64,000 bases of DNA from Octopus sinensis. Taxonomy: Eukaryota. Shown here one piece after another: positions 26,220-38,488 of this stretch. The stretch is taken from NCBI RefSeq assembly GCF_006345805.1, contig NC_043001.1, positions 119,660,001 through 119,724,000 on the forward strand. The letters are read 5' to 3'. The first letter of the stretch is position 1, and every line of letters begins with the position of its first letter. Both the position numbers and the translations under genes were made by a program. Below the pieces are notes generated by a model. The model was given only the letters and a program-made list of their open reading frames with translations, made no database searches and was not told the DNA's origin.

Positions 26220-26628
26220 AACATAAATGAAAATGTTATAACATCCATGAAATTTATCAGGATTTACTGCTCTTAATCTTAAATCTGGTGTTGAGGATTT
26301 TATCAGTAATAAAATTATTTCCTAGGCCCTTTGCAACTTAAGGTGGTACACATGGACAACATACCATTACAACAACTTCATTTGAAAATGGAATTCTTAA
26401 TGTCTCAAAATGTTAACCTGAATGGATTTAGAAATATAATTGTTCCAAACCCAAAAACAAGAACTAATAAGGAAATACAAAGCATCCTTAATACAAAAGA
26501 TTAAACTTGAATTTAGTCATGTTTTTAATATAAAATATTTGAAAGTAAAGCATTCAATGCATACACAAGTATAATGTAATATGATTTAATATTATACATA
26601 TATATGTGTGTGAGTTTGTATATGTATG

Positions 26629-26672
<44 letters not shown>

Positions 26673-26695
26673 TATATATATATATATATATATAT

Positions 26696-26943
26696 CATCA
26701 TCATCATCATCATCATCGTTTAACGTCCGTTTTCCGTGCTAGCATGGGTTGGACGGTTTCGACCAGGGTCTGGGGAGCTCGGGACTGCCCCAGGCTCCAG
26801 TCTAGTCTGGCAGTGTTTCTACAGCTGGATGCCCTTCCTAACGCCAACCACTCCGCGAGTGTAGTGGGTGTTTTTTACGTGCCACCTGCAGAGGTGCCAG
26901 AGGGGTCTGGCATCGGCCACGTTCGGATGGTGCTTTTTATGTG
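26696..26943 (-). mobile_element. 3' end of a retroposon with a (GAT)n tail (family D, RTE-like tail)
   Basis: (CAT)n CGTTTAACGTCCG...CTACAGCTGGATGCCCTTCCTAAC. Other copies at 33385, 37517, 55955 and 63325. Confidence 0.75.
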
Positions 26944-26999
26944 GGGGGGGTGCAGAAATATATAGGGGAGCACCAGTGGGGAGGGGTGGTTCAGAGAAA

Positions 27000-27466
27000 T
27001 GATGACAGGTTCTAGCCAAGTAGAACGTAGGATATCAAGAGAGGGGTAATGCATGGTGAAATAGCGTGTTGAAGAGGGGGGTTCGAAGAGTAGACACCTA
27101 TAATGGTGGTGGGAGAAGCGACATCCGGTATAGATGGAACAAAAATATAGAGATATCCGGTATTAGTGGTGGGAGTGGGCAAGGGCGGGTGCACCGGGAA
27201 TATGCGAAGGTTGAACTTCGAAGGTTGAACTTTAGAGAAACGGGCGGGAATGGCGATGTTTTTAGGGTGGCATGTAGAAAGAAAAGGAAAGCAAAGCAGA
27301 TTGGTGGTTATAAGTTCAAAACATTTAAACGGTAGACAAATGTATGTATGTATGAAAAAGAAGGGATAAATCTTAGCTTGCTTATGGACATCGCTGTGTA
27401 TATATATTATGTATTGATTAAGTCTTTCCTTGTTTGTTTTGCAAAATAGTGGTTTTGTCTCTAATA

Positions 27467-27497
<31 letters not shown>

Positions 27498-28183
27498 GAT
27501 GATGATGATGATGATGATGATATATAAAATACAAACTGGGACAAGAATGCAAAACATTTTGAAGACAATTCAAAAAACACGGACGGGACTTTCAAAGCCT
27601 TCAATCTTCAGTCAAGAAACGGATCATCCTCGCAATTTCGGCTGATTAATCTTGAGATTGCTCCAATCTGGCCAGCCCCAAGAAAAAACTAAGCTAAGCG
27701 TATTAGATTCCTTGGAAGAAAGCTTTGAATGTATACAAAACAAGGACAGAAAAATGGACGATGTTACACAAATATGAATACAAAAATAATATGTAAAAAC
27801 AACAACAATAATAATAATAATAACGATAACAGGACATCACAAACAGGCGTTTTTCGACTAGGATGAATTAAACTCAGCTGACGTGTCAGGAATGTGCCTT
27901 GGGGCAGAGAAAAAAATGTTGGTGTTACCACGACGGCTACCAGACCCAAAAAGGCCAGCAGTTGGTCAGTCAGTCACATGTGAAGAGAAGAGAGAGGAAA
28001 AGAGGGACAGAGGAATCAAGGAGGGGGAAAAGAGAGAGAAAAGGGGGACTCAAGATTAATCAGCCAAAATTGCGAGGATGATCTGGTCCTTGACTGAAGA
28101 TTGAAGGCTTCGAATGTCCCATCCTTGTTTTTTGTATCGTCTTCAAAATGTTTTGCGTTCTTGTCCCAGTTTCTATTTTTATA
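27000..28183 (-). mobile_element. Putative Penelope-like element remnant with an inverted repeat
   Basis: Minus-strand peptide FLSTCHPKNIAI...NLRIFPVHPPLP resembles the PLE RT-to-GIY-YIG linker (recall). Inverted arms at 27523-27656 and 28049-28183. Confidence 0.45.
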
Positions 28184-28219
28184 CATATATATATATATAG
28201 CGGCGTATGTACTCTCTCT

Positions 28220-28271
<52 letters not shown>

Positions 28272-28327
28272 TATGTACACACTCACTCACATACACAGAC
28301 ACACACGCGTACATATACATATATACG

Positions 28328-28358
<31 letters not shown>

Positions 28359-28705
28359 ATATATGTGTGTGTGTATGTGTGTGTGTGTATATATATATAT
28401 TATGCCTATTTCTGTTAGCTAAGTACAGAGTTGTACAGAATTATATGCCCTACTCAAATATTTCAAAAAGTCTATGGGTTGTTTAAATTCATCACTAAAA
28501 ATGGAGTTTCTGATAACTACAATTGATCTCTGCACAGTTTCAGTTAAGCCAGATGCAAAACTATGACCTAGAGACTGGAACATATATACTTATATAAACT
28601 TTCCCAAACACACACATGAATGTATGTATACATATATGTATTTACTTCAAAATAAACTTGAATAGTACTTATTTTGTTCCATCTTTTTGCTTTCTTCTTT
28701 AATAG

Positions 28706-28864
28706 CAGGAGACACCACCAGAAAAAGAATATTCCGTTAATGCCAGTCTAAAAAACAGTACATGTTCTGAAAATAACACAGATCCAGATATAAATATGGA
28801 ATATTCTGGGCTGGACTATAGTGAAGGTGAACAATGTTTACAGTTTGCTGATGGGGAGCAATAA
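28706..28864 (+). CDS. Candidate exon (cytoplasmic-tail-like), phase-compatible with 21554-21668
   Basis: Acceptor TTTCTTCTTTAATAG|CAG. Frame 0 reads QETPPEKEYSVNASLKNSTCSENNTDPDINMEYSGLDYSEGEQCLQFADGEQ*, and the other two frames close early. A donor-like AG|GTAAGC follows at 28924/28925. Confidence 0.5.
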   Translation, partial: QETPPEKEYSVNASLKNSTCSENNTDPDINMEYSGLDYSEGEQCLQFADGEQ

Positions 28865-30458
28865 CACTGACTTGATATCATTTTATTATAAGAGACTTCA
28901 GAAGGAGGTTTCCATCAAAAACAGGTAAGCACTTTATACATACCTTGTGCAAAAGTAATGACAGAAGAGTGGATAAATTTGTGAGTTAGGGGTTATAAGA
29001 TTAGTGTAGTTAAGACATTGCTTCATTAAGTCATATATACCAACTTAGACATATTTTTTAAGCCAGTGCGTGCGAAAGCATGTGCATCAATGTACCTGCA
29101 AAGGGATGATTTTTTTTTCTTTCATGTGTATATTTGAATACTAATTCATTACCTTGAGTAGCAATACAATGCATCTACAAAAAGTTAGCTCAAATATACA
29201 AACAAACTTTCGTTAAATCCTTGATAAAATCTACAAATATTAACTTCAACACTTCAACAGTATCATACCTGAGATAATTGCTCAACTAAATACCGAATTC
29301 ACACTCTCCAGAGACAATCACCAGAATAAAGATTAAACTGCCAAATATTTAAAATATATCAAGATGTATTAAAGATGACACAACATCAGTCTTGATATGA
29401 CAAACCTTGAAATTTAATGATGTTCACATGAAACATCAGCTTAAACTAAACACTGGGTTATATTAAAAAAATGAGGGGAAGCATGACTGTGGGGTGAAGA
29501 AGTTTACTTTATAATTATGTGGTTTGATTTCAATCCCTCTACACAGTTACTTCAGCAAGTATGTTTTATAATAGCCCCTAGCTTGACTATTGCCATGTAA
29601 GTAGAAACTGGTAAATGAAAAGTATATATATACATATATACATATATATGTATGTGTTGTCTATGCATATGTATATATGTGTGTCTTTCATTGATTATTA
29701 GATAAACAATAAAAACTGATAAACCAGTGCTTTTTTGTAGTATTTATTCTACCCAAGTTGCACAGACACTTTTTTGTCATTCTCACCATTATAAATGCAG
29801 TCAATTAGTGATTGAATTTCTGAAAAAATAAATGAAGATTTCACATAAAAATACAATGTTAAAAAAAAAAGACATTATTTGAATGACTTTAAAAAGAAAA
29901 ATCAACAAATGTGTAAACATCGCAAATATAAACCACTTGTTTTTTTATACAATATTTTTGTGGACAGAAAAGGAACGATTAGCTGAACTGATTTTAATCC
30001 TTACATTGGAATCTCATCTGAGACTATGTACCCATCATAATACAGTGATACAGTATAGTACATCAGAGCATACTAACAAAATACTGTTAATCCTTTAATA
30101 ATTGTTGGCAACAATACATTATTTTACACTAATTGGTTTATCTGATTTCCTGAAGCACTTATCATATTGGCTTATTAAGCAAAATCTCCATATACATTAA
30201 AAGAGATTACTCAGTCTTGGATGAGATCCCAGTATAAGAACCAAAACTAGCATGATGGACCCCTGTTTTTCTGTCCACACAGAAAGTGTATAAAAATAAT
30301 TTATTTTCTCTGTATAGACACAATATTCACTGAAAGGCTACAGTCTTATTCATATTATCACAACAAAACATTGCTACTGCACTGGATAAGTAGAAGATAA
30401 ATTCTTTGGCGGAATCTAGTACCAATAGTTTCATAACAATATTCTACCATTATATATA

Positions 30459-30677
30459 TTTCTTTACTGCCCACAAGGGGCTAAACATAGAGGGGACAAA
30501 CGAGGGACTAAGTCGATTACATCGACCCCAGTGCGAAACTGGTACTTTATTTATCGACCCCGAAAGAATGAAAAACAAAGTCGACCTCGGCGGAATTTGA
30601 ACTCAGAACGTAACGACAGATGAAATACCTCTAAGCATTTCGCCCGGCGCACTAACGTTTCTGCCAGCTCGCCGCCT
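30459..30677 (-). mobile_element. SINE family A, CpG-rich young copy
   Basis: Minus strand GGCGGCGAGCTGGCAGAAACGTTAG...GAGTTCAAATTCCGCCGAGGTCGAC gives A and B boxes. Confidence 0.85.
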
Positions 30678-31289
30678 TTTCACCATTATAGCTGACAAGT
30701 ATGTGAGGCATAATCACAAGTGAGATGAAACATTGACATAACCAATACAAATTTTGAAAGAAGTCCAGAGGAAGTAATCATTCATCATTGTTGATGCTTG
30801 TTATCTCCCTTATTTTATAGTACAGTTATAAGTAACCATTCAAATAAAAATTAGCAAAAACGTTAATATAAAACCTAATATAAAATTTGGAATAAGAAAT
30901 ACAGTTATAATTGCGTACTTTTGTCTGAGTGGATATTCATCCATGTGTGTAAGTATTCTGGAACAAATGTACATTTGCATGTGTACACATGAGGAGTTTG
31001 AAAGATAGATATATAATCTGTAACTCATTCTCCCAATTGGGCTGAGTCCAGGGTGGGTACCCTGAAAGACATAGTCATTGGGCATCAATGTCATCTCTAC
31101 AGTTGGCCGAACACATTGAAATTTTCTATAATTAGTGTTCTGTATATTTAACGTGAAGAAATGCATGGCAGCTGATTGCCAGGTTCAGCTGTTATCGTTA
31201 AATACAGTTATTTATTGCAATAGTAGCACATTTCCAGCAAAATTTCTTTTTAATTTCATTCCTTCATAAAATAAACACTTAATGTGACA

Positions 31290-32730
31290 TAGTTTGAATG
31301 CTCTGGTCAGTCAGTTTCTGGCTTGATATAGGAATCACCACTTGTTCATCCAAATCTCTGCAGGTAGATCAGAGTAAATATTCTCTTGCACTGCATGCAA
31401 CCAATTATCTTGGTCTTTAGTATTTCCTGTGTAGGACACAGGAAATCAATCTGCACCATTTCATCACGTTTTTATGATCCCTCCTCTCATATAGGTTCCA
31501 TCAACTTTGAGCACTCTGCACTTCTGTGTACAACCATCATCTTCCATAAATATATATACTAGCAGTATTGCCCGGCTCAACAGGGATTTCAAGGGAGAGT
31601 TTCAGGGAGTTGCTGGTGATGTATCGTGATGATCAAAAATCCAGCCTGCTAAAATTTGGCTAAAGTGATTCAAACTGCAGACTCAACGCAAAATGGTCAC
31701 ATTTAATTCAAAGTGTTAAAAATGTTATGAAAGCAATTGGTATATGTTCACAAAATCCAAATGATTAATACGAAAAAACCCTCCTGGCTACATCCCGAAA
31801 ATTCATTTCTTTGCCGAATTTCTACAATGTTTACTGCGATTCATTTTTATATCTTGATTTTTTTTATTTTTCATGCAATTTATGCATGCTTGCACGCATG
31901 GTAAACACAGTTCACGTCAAACAGCTGACTGAGTAAAGTTCACTATTCAATGCATGGGATAAGGCCTAAACAAACACATTATCGATTTTTGCACTTGCGA
32001 GATGAATTTCGGAACAGAAATAGCACAGTTCAATTTTCATTCGCCTAAACTTTAAGTGACCCATTTTTGGTGGTTCTACGATTTGTTGGCTAGGAGGAGA
32101 TGTGCCAGGAAGTTAAACACACAGATACACACACAGACACACAAGTTGAGTTTTATATATATAGATATCACATGCCCATACCAGCATAGTCTTGAATACC
32201 CCATCTGATTCCTCTTACACCCAATTTTCCTCTTGTCATCTCTACTCCATTCCTGAACACTAACATCATACTCTTCATAAATCCTCTTCACAAGTCCTCT
32301 TCATTCAGGGTCCATGTCTCAATACTATAAGATTCATTATGTAATCAGTACTATGAAGCATTACTCTTTCAGTGCTTCCACAACATTGAGAGAGAAGCTC
32401 TTTATAGTCAGTAGAAGTTATAAATCCCTGAACGTCTTACTCTGGCAACTATGATTTCAGTTCATCCACCTCCACTGCTATTTAGGTCACCTAAGGTACA
32501 GAAACTATAAACTTCTTTTAAGGAACCTTCTGAGTATTTGAAAGAATCTGTTCCCTGTATATTCTTAGTGTTTACTACCTTTATGCACCTGCTGCATACA
32601 AATTCTACATTCTCTTTTAGTTTGCCTGTGATTTCACTATACCTCTAGTGCATCCATAATTTTACAGCGGATGCACCATATAGAATTTATACATCACATT
32701 TTCTACATAACAAGCACACCTGGAATTTTA
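31290..32730 (-). mobile_element. Decayed RTE LINE 3' region split by a Helitron-like insert
   Basis: KENVEFVCSRC, YSFCTLGDL and RLCWYGHVI lie on one side; MEDDGC..DGTYMRG on the other. The frame continues across the insert. Confidence 0.7.
31559..32165 (-). mobile_element. Non-autonomous Helitron-like element (607 bp)
   Basis: Minus strand starts A|TCTATATATATAAAA followed by a (TG)-rich tract, and ends with a GC-rich sub-terminal CCC..GAGCCGGG then CTAG|T. It is inserted at A|T with no clear TSD. Confidence 0.75.
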
Positions 32731-33146
32731 ATGACTCCACAAACAAGACTTCAAATTTTGGCTCTAGATATCCTATTAATATTTTAAATTAAGGAACCAG
32801 AATTGTTCTGACTTATAAGCAAATCCCAACTCTTAGTGTTACCTCTGTTTTGGGCTAGCAATAATTCTGATTTTAACAATACTTATTTTTTCACTGCCAG
32901 AAAACTTCTAAAATTGTTGATAATGTTCTCCTAATGACTTGTAATTCAATTTGGCACATGTTCATATAACAGAAGAGGGGCAAAACTATGCTAGGCTTTC
33001 CACAGACAGTAAAGTGAAGATCACTTAATATAATTTATAATTCTGAGATCAAATTCAGACAGGACAAAATCGTGCCCAAAATACAATAATGATAAAAAAT
33101 AGCAATAAAAATATTAATGAAAATAATGTCAATAATAATAAGAATG

Positions 33147-33346
33147 TTGGCACAAGGCCAGCAAGTTTTGGTGGGGAGTGGATTACATCAACCCCAGTGT
33201 TCAACTGGTACTTATTTTAATGACCCCAAAAAGATAAAAGACAAAGTCAATCTCAACAGAATTTGAACTGAGAACATAAAGGCAACATGAAATGCTTGCA
33301 CAGCACTTTGCCTGGCATGCTGGCAATTCTGCCAGCTCACTGCCTT
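33147..33346 (-). mobile_element. SINE family A
   Basis: Homologous to 30459-30677. Confidence 0.7.
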
Positions 33347-33348
33347 AA

Positions 33349-34213
33349 CCGTTTTGTTACTATATTTCTGTTGAGATGCTCTGTCATCATCATCATTATC
33401 ATCATCGTTTAACGTCCGCTTTCCATTCTAGCATGAGTTGGATGATTTCACTGAGGACTGGCAAACCAGATGGCTGCACCAGGCTCCAACCTTGATCTGG
33501 CAGAGTTTCTACAGCTGGATGCCCTTCCTAATGCCAACCACTCCGAGAGTGTAGTGGGCGCTTTTTATGTACCACCAGCACGACGGCCAGTTAGGTGGTA
33601 CTGGCAATGGCCATGCTTAAATGGTGTTTTTTACGTGCCACCTGCACAGGAGCCAGTCCAGCAGCACTGGCAACGACCTTGCTCAAATGTTTTTTCTCGT
33701 GCCACCAGCACAAGTGCCAGTAAGGTGACGCTGGTAATGATCACGCTCAAATGGTGCTTTTTACATGTCACCAGCACAGAAGCCAGTTAGCTGCTCTGGC
33801 AACGATCATGCTCGGATGGTGCTCTTAGCGCTCCACTAGCATTGAGGCCAGTCATCAAATTTGATTTCGATTTTGATTTCACTTGCCTCAACAGGTCTTC
33901 GCAAGCAGAGTTTTGTGTCCAATGAAGGAAAGGTATGCATAAGTGGGCTGGTTACACACCTGGCATAGGCCACGAGGTTATGGTCTCACTTGGCTTGCTG
34001 TTTCTGGTACTGTGTTTCTTGGTTCTGTTTCTTTCAATTAATTTTAAATATAACAAAGAATTTTGTAAAATAACTTAGTTATCATTAAGCTAGTGTTAGG
34101 AACATAAATTGTGACTAAGGTTTGGTGGAAGATTTTAATTCAGAACTTTTGAAAACAAGACATTTGTACTACAGAGCCAGAAGCAGTTTCAGGCAGATTG
34201 GTATCAAAAAGGC
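33349..34213. mobile_element. piggyBac-like MITE (reverse copy of 52559-52780) interrupted by a family D retroposon
   Basis: TTAA|CCGTTTTGTTAC...GAGATGCTCTGT (33349-33384) resumes near 34020 and ends GGTATCAAAAAGGC|TAAT. Confidence 0.7.
33385..33990 (-). mobile_element. Family D retroposon with diverged internal ~63-bp repeats
   Basis: (CAT)n tail; homologous to 37517-38236. Confidence 0.75.
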
Positions 34214-34339
34214 TAATAATAATGATAATTCCTTTTACTATAGGCACAAGGCCTGGAATTTTGATGGGAGGGGCTAGTTAATGACTCCAGTGTTTGACTA
34301 GTACTTATTCCATCAACCTGAAGGGAATGAGAAACAATG

Positions 34340-34358
34340 TTGTCAGAGTGATAGAAGA

Positions 34359-34418
<60 letters not shown>

Positions 34419-34440
34419 GCAACAACAACAACTACAACAA
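34340..34440. repeat. (AAT)n/(AAC)n microsatellite at the 5' junction of the R4/Dong element
   Basis: Read directly from the sequence. Confidence 0.95.
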
Positions 34441-37400
34441 CATTGGCAACTGCGTTACACAAAAAATCATACAACTAAAACCTGATCTTAATAAGTTAAA
34501 TGAAATTATTTACTCCGTTGCTAAGGTAATCGAAAGATGCTGTTTAACACCCAAAATGCCAACAATACCAAATTCAAAAAGAAAGTCAAACTGGAGGAGT
34601 AGAATTGAAACTGAAATTGAATCATTGCGAAGGGAGATATCAATATGAACTGAGCTAATCTCTGGAAATGGTGTAAGATCAAGAAAAGGCAGGAAGATTG
34701 TGAGAAAATATGGACTCTCAACAAGAGAAGAACTAATGTCAGCGAAAGAAACACTTAAACAAAAAGTTCAAGCAAAAGCTCAGAGAATACGCAGATTTGA
34801 GAAAAGAATCAAATTCTACAAACAAAATATGTTCAAATCCAATGCCAAATCATTTTACAGGGAAATAAGGAAAGAAAAAATAACCATTGAAAATCCACCC
34901 CTAATGGAAGAAGTTGAAAACTTTTGGAAAGGGATCTGGAGTGATGAGAAACCATACAATGAAAATACAGAGTGGATCAAACGCACCCAAGATGACTACA
35001 AAAATCTACAAGAACTGGTATGGGAAGACATCTCAATCGCCGACCTAAGGAGAGCACTAACAAAGGCTCATAAGTGGAAATCCCCTGGTATTGATAGAGT
35101 ACCAAATTTCTGGCTCTCATCACTCTCGTCTGCACACAAAATGTTAGTAATACTATTTAATAGTATTATGAAAGACCCGGAAAAAACACCCCTTGGATGG
35201 CAAATGGTATTACTTACCTCCTCCCCAAAAATAACAAAACGAAAGACCCAAAAGACTACTGGCCTATAACATGTTTATCTACTACCTACAAGATCTTGAC
35301 ATCTATTCTAGTAGAGAAAACATATACGTTTATGGAAGAGAATAACCTCTTTCCCACAGAACAAAAAGGATGCAGACGAGGCTCATACGGATGTAAAGAT
35401 CAGCTCCTAATTAATCGCATGATCCTTGAGGACTGCCATAACAAGCGCAGAAATCTCAGCTCTTCATGGATTGATTATAAAAAAGCCTTTGACAGCATAC
35501 CACATTCGTGAATTCTGAAACTGCTGGACATTTTCAAAATTTCTCCTGTGATATCAGATTTTTTAAAGTATAATATGTCACTATAGAACACGAAGCTCCA
35601 CTCATATCATTCTAATGGAGTATTGCACTCAAACAACATTAGCATAAACTGTGGCATTTTCCAAGGTGACTCACTTTCAGCACTAATATTCTGCATAGCA
35701 CTAATACCACTCTCAAGTGAACTGAATAGAAGTGGTTATGGCTACAAAATTGACAAGAAAATAAGCCATCTATTTTATATGGATGATTTAAAACTATATG
35801 GCAAAGATGATGAAAAGCTTGAAGGACTACTACATACTGTGAAAGGATTCAGTGATGATATCGGGATGGAGTTTGGCCTTGAAAAGTGTGCCGAAGCCTC
35901 TTTTAAGAAAAGGAAATTGCTAAAGTCAAGTTCAATTTAATTACATGTCGAAACAGTAATATAGGAACTTGAGCAGGAACAAACCTATAAATACCTAGGA
36001 ATAAACGAAGGCTCTGGTTTCCAGCATGCAAGCATGAAAGAGAAGGTAAGTAAAGAATGTTATAGAAGAGTTTGAGCAGTCCTGAAGTCTGAGCTGAATG
36101 CATATAATAAGGTGTTAGCCATAAATTCCTTAGCAGTCCCAGTTGTTCTTTATTGCTTCAATGTGCTTAACTGGAATACCAGTGAAATAATGAAAATTGA
36201 TAGAAAAAAACTGCAAGCTACTGACTTGTAATAAGATGCACCATCCAAAGGCAGATGTAGATCGTCTTTACCTTCCCAGAGCTCAGGGAGGTCAAGGCTT
36301 GATCCAGCTTGAACTTACATACAAAACCACCACAATCGGACTGGCCAAATACCTTGAAACAACCAATGATTGGATGGTAAAACTTGTTGAAAAATATGAA
36401 AGACCGAAAAAAACTTCACTCTATTCTGAAAGAGAGCAAAAAATTCGCTACTGATCTCTTAGATACCTACCAGATTGATCAGGTTGAAGGAAATGCACCA
36501 ACTGCTGCTGCAAAGAAAATAAAATTAATTGCAAAGACAAAAGCACATGAAAAATTAGCTAGCAGATGGGAACAGAAACCTCTCCATGGCTAGTATGTGG
36601 CCCGTAGCAAACAAGCTGATGTCGACCAGAAACACATGCATCAATGGTTACATAGCTCAGGGATAAAAGCAGAGAGTGAAGGTTTGATATTAGCTGCTCA
36701 AGACCAAAGCTTTTTAACCCGGAACTACCAAGCCAACTTGATAAAAAATGGAGTTGACCCAAAATGCTGATTCTGTAATGATGAGATTGAAACTATAGAT
36801 GACCTAATCTCAGGGTGTAGTGTCTTAGCACCTGTAGAATATAAAGCAAGACATGACAGAGTCGGTCAGTATTTACACTGGACAATATGTTGGCATTATC
36901 AAAATCAAAACCGTTGACAAATGGTATAAACACCATCCAGAAGCTGTGACTGAGGGAGGAAATGTGTCGATTCTCTGGGACTTCCCTGTACATACCGACA
37001 AAACTATAAAAGCTAATAAACTAGATATTATTATAAAAGATCAGACAAAAAAGGTGTATTTATTAATTGACATGAGTATTCCTTGCAATCACAATATAGC
37101 AGTGAAAGAATTTGACAAGATCAGTAAACATAAAGACTTGCTAACAGAAATTGAAAAAAGGTGGCATCTCAAGGTGACTACAGTACCAGTGATTGTAGGA
37201 TCTCTAGGAATGATGAAAAAAGGTATGAAACCTATTTGAAAATGATATCAGGCTTACCATCCCTTCAGGATGTGCAAAAAATCGTATTAACTGGAACGAC
37301 TCATGTACTGAGAAGAGCATTATTGCTGTGAAAACATCCATTCATGAATTTATTTACTTCTTGATTCTTTTTAATACATATTTTACATGTGAATTTGCAT

Positions 37401-37495
37401 GTATAATCTGGGAATGCATACAATGAGCTTCTCTGCCCTAGGTGCATGGAAAACACCTGGCGAGAAATGGTAGAAAATTTGAAGAAAGAAGAAAA
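34441..37495 (+). mobile_element. 5'-truncated, decayed R4/Dong-clade non-LTR retrotransposon (RT, CCHC and RLE endonuclease)
   Basis: Consecutive ORF pieces give WKSPGIDRVPNFWL, PITCLSTTYK, EQKGCRRGSYGCKDQL, WIDYKKAFDSIPH, GIFQGDSLS, HLFYMDDLKLY, C.FC..EIETIDDLISGC, RHDRV, ILWDFPVHTD..IKANKLDI and PVIVGSLG. There are multiple stops and frameshifts, and AAT repeats at both ends. Confidence 0.9.
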
Positions 37496-37516
37496 ATAAT
37501 AATAATAATAATATAA

Positions 37517-38236
37517 TCATCATCATTATCATCATCGTTTAACGTCCGCTTTCCATGCTAGCATGGGTTGGACGGTTCAACTGGGGTCTGGCAAGCCCGA
37601 AGGCTGCACCAGGCCAGTCAGATCTGGCAGTGTTTCTACAGCTGGATGCCCTTCCTAACACCAACCACTCCGAGAGTGTAGTGGGTGATTTTATGTGCCA
37701 CCGACACAGGTGCCAGACGAGGCTGGCAGACGGCCACGCTCGGATGGTGCTTTTTATGTGCCACCGACACAGGTGCCAGATGAGGCTGGCAGACGGCCAC
37801 GCTCGGATATGGTGTTTTCGGTGTTTTCTTATGTGCCACCGACACAGGTGCCAGACGAGGCTGGCAAACGGCTACGATCGGATGGTGTTTGTTACATGCC
37901 CACAGCACGGAGGCCAGTTGATGCGGTACTGGCTACGGTCCCGTTCGGATGGTTTTCTTATGTGCCACCGGCACTGGTACCACAAGGATACAAATTCCAT
38001 TGATGTTCATCTATTTTGATTTGGTTTGATTTGATTCGATTTGACTTTCACTTGCCTCAACAGGTCTTCACAAGTGTCACAAGCAGGAAGGTATGCACAG
38101 GTGGACTGACTACGTCCCAGGTAGGGGCCATGGGTTATGGCTTCACTAGTCTTGCCGGGTCTTCTCACGCACAGCATACTTCCATAGGTCTCGGTCTCTA
38201 GTCATTTCCATGGTGAGACCTAACGTTCGAAGGTCA
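37517..38236 (-). mobile_element. Family D retroposon with a 63-bp internal tandem repeat
   Basis: Units start GTGCCACCGACAC at 37695, 37758 and 37833, with diverged units near 37895 and 37962. Confidence 0.8.
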
Positions 38237-38242
38237 ACAATA

Positions 38243-38287
<45 letters not shown>

Positions 38288-38317
38288 TAATAATAATAAT
38301 ATTAATAATAATGATTT

Positions 38318-38488
38318 CAAATTTTGCCACAAGGTCAGCCACTTTGGGGGAGAGGACAAGTCGATTACACTGACTCCCAGTGTTTCTCTGGTACATCAGT
38401 GGAATTTGAACTTAGAACATATTGACAGGCAAAATACCACTAAGCATTTCATTCAGCATGCTAACAATTCTGTCAGCTTGCTGCCTTA
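38318..38488 (-). mobile_element. SINE family A, internally deleted
   Basis: AAGTCGATTAC..TGAC.CCCAGT...GGAATTTGAAC.TAGAAC...TTCTG.CAGCTTGC.GCC. Confidence 0.65.
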
